Source: the human T2T-CHM13v2.0 reference genome, Homo sapiens. From it: a stretch of 64,000 nt of DNA. Position 1 is the stretch's first letter; each line of letters opens with the position of its first letter. This document shows positions 55,860-64,000 of the stretch, piece by piece. The notes under the pieces are model-generated. The model did no database searches, had not been told where the DNA came from, and saw only the letters and a list, made by a program, of their open reading frames with translations. The stretch is taken from assembly GCF_009914755.1 (NCBI RefSeq), contig NC_060925.1; one strand, 5' to 3'. The translations under genes and the position numbers were made by a program.

Positions 55860-56168
55860 ATGATGATTATTATTACTATCTTTAGACACAGGGTCTTGCA
55901 CTGTCACCCAGGCTGGAGTGCAGTGGCACAATCATGGCTCACCGTAATCTTGAACTACCAGGCTCACATGAACCTCCTCACTCAGCTTCCAGAGTAGCTA
56001 GGACTATGGGTTTGTGCCACCATGCCTGTCTAATTTTTAATTTTTTTTTATAGAAATGGGGTCTCACTATGTTGCCCGGGCTTGTCTCAAACTTCCTGCC
56101 TTAACTGATCCTCCTGCTCCAATCTCCCAAAATGCTGGGATCACATGCATGAGCCACTGAACCCAGCT
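55860..56168 (-). mobile_element. AluJ inside Tigger1
   Basis: agacacagggtcttgcactgtcacc...aatcatggctcac...gtctcactatgttgccc; diverged. Confidence 0.88.
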
Positions 56169-57294
56169 GACAATAAAATATTTTAAATCAAGGTATTACA
56201 TTGTGTTTTGAGAAATAATACTGTTCATACTTAATATAATACAGAATAATGTAAGCATAACTATTTTGTGCACTGGGAAACTAAAAAATGTGTGTGACTT
56301 ATTTTATTGCAAAATTAATTTTATTGCTGTGTTCTGGAACCAAGCCTGAAATATCTTTTAGGTATGCCTACGCTGGATTTGAGACATGTATTTGTGAGTT
56401 CATTAGTTACAGTAGCTAGTATTACCCTATTTTAGTTATTAATTATAATAATATGGTAATGAGATATAATGGAATTTAAAATAAGCTAAAGTAGGATATC
56501 AGATATCTATTCTTGTTGGACTTTGAGTAAGAAAAAGAGGCATAGGGAGAGGAGTTACAAGTAGGAAAGGGATGTAGAGAAGGTGGGGACCATATTCATG
56601 TATTGTGTTTTGGTCAAATTGACAATTTTGATGTTGATTATCAGGCAGGCTGCAAGTAGTGAGGGGTTCTCTAAGAGCCAGGTTGAAGTGACCGCACTGT
56701 AGAAGCCTACTTCAGGACTCATTTGAAGCTGACTCACACAGACATTAGGATCAGGAGGTTTTTGGAACATGCTTTCAGGATCAATACCCATGAAGAAAAA
56801 TAAGGAACCAGTACTGAGCTGGGAAGAATTTGGGTTGTGATGCAGCCTCAATGAAAGCCCAGTCAATCCCATGAAGAGCTCAGAAACTAGAAAACCCTTG
56901 AAGCTTTTCCAAGCTGTAAGGAGGGAGCTGTGCTCTTATACTTGCAAAGCAACTAGTCGTTGGTCTCTTTCTGCCCAGTGGAAGGGGCACATGACTTTGA
57001 GCAAGGCAGCCGTCTTCAGCCAAGGCAAATCCCCAGAGTGAGGCTGACAGCTAAGGGCTGTGCTGTCTGCTCTTGGCCCAACAGTATTCCCAGAAGCTTG
57101 GGGAATACCTTCTTCAGCTATTACAAAGCCATCTCAGTTGATCAAGACCTAGATTCAGTTGGTTAATTTTTAAAATTTGCAAAAGAAAGAACTCATTAAA
57201 AATACATATTATAGTTCAATATTTTGTTTTAATTTAATATATAAAATACACATTTATTGTCATACTTTTAATATGGAACCAAAGCTTATTCTTT

Positions 57295-58564
57295 CTTCTT
57301 ACTATTTTTAAAATTTTAGTTTCAGGGGGCACATGTGCAGGTTACATGAATATATTGCATAATGCTTGGGTTTGGGCTACTGAATCCATCACCCAAAAAG
57401 TGAACGTAGGTAGTTGTTCAGCCATTGTTCACCTCCCTTATTCCTCACTTTTGGAAACCTCAGTGTCTATTTCCATCTTTATATCTGTGTGTCAATTGTT
57501 TAGATCCCTCTTATAAGTGAGTACATGGAGTATTTGATTTTTTGTTTCTGAGTTAATTCTAAGTGTTAATTCACTTAACACTTAATTCACTTAAGATATG
57601 GCCTCCAGCTCCATCCATGTTGCTGCAGAGGACATAATCTAAACTGGCCATGTAATATTCCATGGTACATATGTACCACATTTTCTTTATCCAATCCATC
57701 ATTGATAGGCACCTAGATTGATTCCATGACTTTGCTATTGTGAATTGTGCTATGATAAACATATGAGTGCAGGTGTCTCTTTTGTTAGAACAATTTATTT
57801 TCTTTTGAGTAGATACCCAGTAATGGGATTGCTGGATCAAATGGTAGTTCTATTTTCAATTTTTGCAAAATCTCCAAACTGCTTTCCACAGGGGCTGAAC
57901 TAATTTACATTCCCACCAACAGTCTATAAGTGTTTCCTTTTCTCTGCGTCCATGCCAACATGTGTTAGTTTTTGACTTTTTAATAATAGCCATTCTGACT
58001 GGTGTCAGATGGCATCTCATGGTGGCTTTAATTTGCATTTCTCTGATGATTAGTAATGTTAGGCATTTTTTTATGTTTCTTGGCCACTTGTATGTCTTCT
58101 TTTAAGAAGTGTCTCTTCATGTGCTTTGCCTACTTTTTAATGGGGTTATTTTCTTGTTGGTGGTGATTTAAGTTAAGATATTAATCTTTTGTTGGATGCA
58201 TAATTTTTTAACATTTTTCCACATTCTGTAGGTTGTCTGTTTACTCTGTTGATAGTTTCTTTTGCTGTGTAGAAGCTCTTTAGTTTGATTAAGTCCCACT
58301 TGTTAATTTTTGTTTTTGTTCCATTTGCCTTTGAGGTCTTAATCATAAATTATTTGCCTAGGTCAATTCCAGAAGAGTTTTTAACCAGGTCTTCTCGTAG
58401 GGCTTTTATAGTTTAAGGTCTTACACTTGTCTTTAACCCATCTTGAATTAAGTTTTGTATGCAGTGAGAGGTAAACGTCCAGTTTTATTCTTCTGAATAT
58501 GGCTAGCCAGTTTTTCCAGCACCATTTATTGATTAGGATGTCCTTTCTCCATTGTTTATTTTTG
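57295..58564 (-). mobile_element. L1 (L1PA15-17-like) 3' segment of a 5'-inverted insertion
   Basis: Antisense 3'UTR and ORF2 C-terminus (ORFs [22 protein letters not shown] and [16 protein letters not shown] on -). Confidence 0.9.
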
Positions 58565-59031
58565 GAAATGAAAACACAATACTTGCTACCACAAAAGCAC
58601 ATGTAAGTACAAAGCCCACAAACCCTATAAAGCAACTATACAATTGAGACTGTAGAGCAACTAGCTGCAACACTATGACAGGAACAAAGTCTTACATATC
58701 AATATTAACTTTGAACATAAAGGCCTAATTGCTTCTCTCAAAAGACATAGAGTTGCAAATTGGATAAAAATCGAGACCCAACTTTATGCTATATTCAAGA
58801 GACCCATCTTGCATGTGATGGGTTTACTTTGACCCCTTAGGCTCAAAGTAACAGGATGGAGAAAGATCTGTCAAGCAAATGAAAAATGAAAAAAGAGCAA
58901 GGGTTGCTATTCTTGTATCATATAAAACAAATTTTAAACCAACAACAGTAATAAGGGACAAATAAGGGCATTATATAATGATGAAGGGTTCAAATCAACA
59001 ATAAGTTTTAACCATCCTAAATATATATTCA

Positions 59032-59421
<390 letters not shown>

Positions 59422-60510
59422 TCAACATCCAGCCTGGAGACAGAGCAAGACTCCATCTAAAAATATATATATATAATAGTAATAATAGTGGAGGACTTCA
59501 ACATCCCAGTAATTGCATTAGACAGCTCATCAAGGCAGAAAACCAACAAAGAAATTCTGGACTTCAGTAGCACACTTTACCAAATGAACCTAATAGACAT
59601 CTACAGAATAAGCCGCCTATCAACCGCAGAATATACATTCTCCTCTGCACAGGGAACATCCTCTAAGATTGACCATAGGCTTAGTCATAAAGCAAGTCTT
59701 AATAAATTTCAAAAAACTGAAACTATACCAAGCATCTTCTCAGACCACAGAAGAACAAAATTAGAAATCAATACCAAGGAAAACTCTTAAAACTACACAA
59801 ATACATGAAAACTAAAAAACTTACTCCTGAATGACTTTTGAATAAATAATGAATTAAGGCAGAAATCAAAAAATTATTTGAAACAATGAAAAGACTCACA
59901 CCATATCAAAACCTCTGGGCTTCAGTAAAAGCACTGTTATGAGGAAACTTTATACTGGTAAATGCCTACATCAAGAAGATAGAAGGATCTCAAATTAACA
60001 GCTTAATGTCACAACTGGAGGAGCTAGAAAAACAAGAACTTAACCTAAAGATAGAAGAAGAAAAGAAACAACTAAAATCAGAGCAGAACTAAATTATATT
60101 GAGACCAAAACAATATACAAATAATCAATGAAATGAAAAATTGGCTTTTGAAAGGATAAACAAGATTGATAGGCCACTAGCCAGATTAACAAAGAAAAAA
60201 AGAGAGAAGGCTCAAATAAGTGAAATCAGAAGTGACAAAAATAACAACAACTGATTCCACAGAAATACAAAAGATTCTAAGGGACCACTATAAATATCTC
60301 TGTGTACACAAACTAGAAAACCTTGAGGAAATGGATAAATTCTCAGAAACACACCACCTCCTAAGACTGAACCAGGAAGAAATTGAAACCTCAAACCAAA
60401 CAATAAAAAATTATGAAACTGAATCAGTGATAGAAAAACTACCAACCATAAAAAGCACTGGACCAGACAGATTCACAGCTGAATTCTTCCAGGTGTAAAA
60501 AGAAGAGATA

Positions 60511-60811
60511 GGCCGGGCGCGGTGGCTCACGCCTGTAATCCCAGCACTTTGGGAGGCCGAGGTGGGCGGATCACGAGGTCAGGAGATCGAGACCATCCTG
60601 GCTAACACGGTGAAACCCCGTCTCTACTAAAAATACAAAAAATTAGCCGGGCGAGGTGGCGGGCGCCTGTAGTCCCAGCTACTCGGGAGGCTGAGGCAGG
60701 AGAATGGCGTGAACCCCAGGGGGCGGAGCCTGCAGTGAGCCGAGATTGCGCCACTGCACTCCAGCCTGGGCGACAGCGAGACTCTGTCTCAAAAAAAAAA
60801 AAAAAAAAAAA
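60511..60811 (+). mobile_element. AluYe5-like young Alu
   Basis: gggcgaggtgg, gaaccccagggggcggagcctgc, gcgacagcgag diagnostics; long pure poly(A); perfect 14-bp TSD aaaaagaagagata at 60497-60510 and 60812-60825. Confidence 0.88.
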
Positions 60812-63800
60812 AAAAAGAAGAGATAATATCAATCTTACTGAAACTATTCCAAAAAAATCAAGGAGGAGTAATTCCTCCCTAACTCATTTTAGAAAACTAG
60901 TATCACCTTGGATACCAAAATCTGGCAAGTACACAACAAAAAAGTAAAACCACAGGCAAATATTCCTAATTAACATATATATAAAAGTCTTCAACAATAT
61001 ACTAGAAAACTGGATCCAGCAGCACATCAAAAGGATAAATCACCACAACAAAATGGACTTTATTCCTGGGATGCAAGGATGGTTCAACATATGGAAACCA
61101 ATAAATATGATCCACCACCTAAACAGAATTGACAACCAAGAACAAATTATCATCTCAATAGACACAGAAAAGGCACTTGATAAAATCAAACATCCCTTCA
61201 TGATAAAAATCCTCAACAAATGAGGCATTGAAGAAACTTACTTCAAAATAGTAAGAGCCATCTATGACAAACTATTACCCAACATCATACTGAAAGGGCA
61301 AAAGTTGGAAACATTTTCCCCAAGAACTAGTACAAAACAAGAATGTCTATTCTCACCACTCCTATTCAACATAATACTGGAAGTTGTAGACAGAGCAGTT
61401 AGGCAAGAGAAAGAAATAAAAGGCATCTAAATGGGAAAAGAGGAAGTCAAATTATCTCTGTTCACTGACCATATGATTTCATATCTAGAAAACCCTAAAG
61501 ATTCCTCCAAAAGACTCCTAGACCTGATAAATGGCTTCAGTAAAGTTTCAGGATACAAAACTAACATACAAAAATCAGTAGCACTTCTTAATACTAATAA
61601 TGTTTGAGCTGAGAATCAAATCAAGAATGCAATCCCACTTACAAGAGCCACACACAAAATAAATACATAAATAAAACACCTAGGAGTACATCTAACCAAG
61701 AAGGTGAAAGATATCTACAAGGAGAACTACAAAACACTGATGAAATAAGTTATAGATGACACAAACAAATGGAAAAATATTCCATGCTCATGGATTGGAG
61801 AAATCAATTACTAACATGTCCATACTGCTCCAAGCAATCTGCAGATTCAGTGCAATTCCTTTCAAATTACCAATGTCATTTTTCACAGAAGTAGAAAAAA
61901 ATTCTAAAACTCACATGGAACCAAAAAATACCCTGAATAGCCAGAGAAGCCTAAGCAAAAAAGAACAAAGCCAGAGGCATCACATGACCCAACTCCAAAC
62001 TATACTACAAGCCTACAGTAACTAAAATAGTTTGGTACTGGTACAAAGATAGGCATATAGATGAACAGAACACAATAGAAAACCTAGAAATAAAGAATAA
62101 AACCATACACTTACAATTAAGCTTTTTTCTTTAAATGCAAGTTGTCAGGTGGGTATTCCTCTTTGTTGATTAAACAACACTTGTAATGGATTATTGTTTT
62201 AATGTTTTTTAATGAACTAAGAACTTAAAGATACATGCAAAGGTATCTGAATTTAGAATCTTGGTAAATTTTTTTATAACTATGTCTTCTATCTTTTAGA
62301 TACTTCTTGTTCACTTAACTTCAGTGAAAGACCACCTCGTTCTATACAGAGGATGGCCAAGTGCTATAACCTCTACTACCTCACTGTACTTTCCTCTCAG
62401 TACTTACAGACAAAACAGAGCTAACCTTAAGAAAGCCCTAAGTCAGTTGGTCCCCAGTTAAACATTATTTCTCTTAAAGATATATGTTTCAAATTGTAAA
62501 TCAGCTTGTTGTTGAATAGATTCATTTTTTGTTTTTATTGTTTTTGCAGTTAACCTCCAGCTGCAAGGATCATTACTTTTGAACTATGTATTGAACTATG
62601 TATGGTACATGGCAAATTTGGAGATATTTGATATTTGAAAACATAACTTTTAATCATTATTCTTCTTTCAGAAATGTGAGCAATTAGGAGTTAGAGTGAG
62701 TTATACTAATACGTTTTCAGTTGTCATAATCATATAAATTAATTCAGAACTTGTAGGCTTCTAGCTGTCAAGAAAAAAAATCTGTCATATACAGTGAAGA
62801 TTTTTAAAAATTATTATCTCTAATTAGTTCCCTCCTTATTGAAAAAAGTCATTATTCCAATTATAAGTCCCCTTGGTTCTAATGAACTAGGGCTAGGATT
62901 CCATATGTAACATCTTGTATTTTTCTATGAAAATAGCTTAAAATATATTAACACAGAAGAATATGAAACATGAAATATGACAAAAATAGATTCAAGCCTT
63001 TCTTCTCAGGATACATTCCCAGGGCACATTTCATGAAGGTATCAAGAACAGTAAATTGTTTTTAGTGTGCTTAGGAAATGTCTGTTATCTGGTCCGAATC
63101 TGAAGTCTCTTTGTTCTTGGTGACATTTTATCATGTAAATGGGAGTGAGTCTTGCCACAGGTCTGCAAATGAAATTTTAGCCTGTTTGAGTCTCTCCTCT
63201 GAATACTGAAATTTTGTGCAGAAAAATCCTTTGCTTTTTATATAAAGGTATTTGATAAAAGATTATTATAATGTATATTTTTGTTGGTGTGTATTGTGAA
63301 ATAATTTACAAACTTTATAACATTCTGGCCTAATCATTAGTACTTTAAATATTAACTATGAATATTTGTATTATGCCTCATTAACATTATAAAGTTAACA
63401 GCCTTTAAGTTTGATAACCTGTGTGATTTCCATTTCATGTAAGTTGTATTTAGATTCTATGAGTTCTCTGCTCCCTTGCTCTTTTAGAAGATGAACAGCT
63501 TTTCTGGGAATGTTGGTTACTATACTTCTTGGGTTGAAAATCACTTATGTTTATTCATTCATTTTTTAAAAAATTATAAAGCATATGGACATGGAAAGAA
63601 AGTCGGGGGGAGATACAAATACAGAGAAATTGTGGAACCTCTTTTCTGGAGATTATTAAAAGTAGGATAAATCACTATCAGTCTCATTTGTTAAAAGCAG
63701 TCACCTGCCAAAGAGGGCAGTGCCTGGAGGTCCTCCTAGCTTCTTGGTAATCCTCTACTCTGATACATGTTCAACAGTCTTTGACATTGGCTGGTTTGGG

Positions 63801-64000
63801 TCCAGGGCAATGCTTTTGTTCAGGATACAGGGTTTATCACAGAATATGTTTATGAAATTGCAGCAGAGCTGAGTGTTAAGGGCAAACAAAACATAAGAAA
63901 AAGATAAACAGGGTATCTTCTACTGAGATTATTTATGACTGATCTTGCCTTTGCAGGCTGACTGGAAGATGACAATGAGATCTTGTATATTTTTAATCAA

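Larger units (their letters stand above)
53398..56370 (+). mobile_element. Full-length Tigger1 DNA transposon with decayed pogo/CENP-B-like transposase, inserted in an MLT1 LTR
   Basis: Termini gcataccttgttt ... aggtatgccta; transposase remnants MASKCSSERK..., [16 protein letters not shown]..., MDQGIISTFKFHYLRNTF..., broken by stops and frameshifts; about 2.4 kb after removing two Alus. Confidence 0.93.

Noticed and set aside
55452-55997. Longest ORF in the window (181 aa)
   Set aside because: Tigger1 remnant running into an antisense AluJ; not an intact gene
59488-62025. Endonuclease/reverse-transcriptase ORF fragments as an active retroelement
   Set aside because: Many stops and frameshifts, Alu insertions, inversion and no promoter
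62580-62603. 12-bp tandem repeat gaactatgtatt and similar micro-duplications near 2559, 5449 and 39882
   Set aside because: Ordinary slippage-scale events

Overview
Primate, most likely human, genomic DNA (it carries an AluYa5) from the 5' half of TNNI3K, the cardiac troponin I-interacting kinase also read through as FPGT-TNNI3K, on the + strand. Three coding exons of the N-terminal ankyrin-repeat region are present: 980-1065, 2193-2290 and 23115-23225 (exons 3-5 by recall). They have canonical AG/GT sites and compatible phases. Everything after 23225 is intron with no further recognisable exon. The introns are rich in transposable elements: an antisense LTR12C, a MER41 LTR interrupted by a 5'-truncated AluYa5, MLT2B, THE1 and MLT1 LTRs, MER20, Tigger2a, MER47, MADE1, a MER85 piggyBac MITE at a non-canonical CTAA site, a full-length Tigger1, a twin-primed (5'-inverted) L1 and many Alu, MIR, L2 and old L1 copies. 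I cannot support a new gene system. The most unusual signals are several template-switch or fold-back insertion scars (best example 33687-33847) and transposon-borne regulatory motifs. Repeat subfamily names come from recalled consensus sequences, not a database search.
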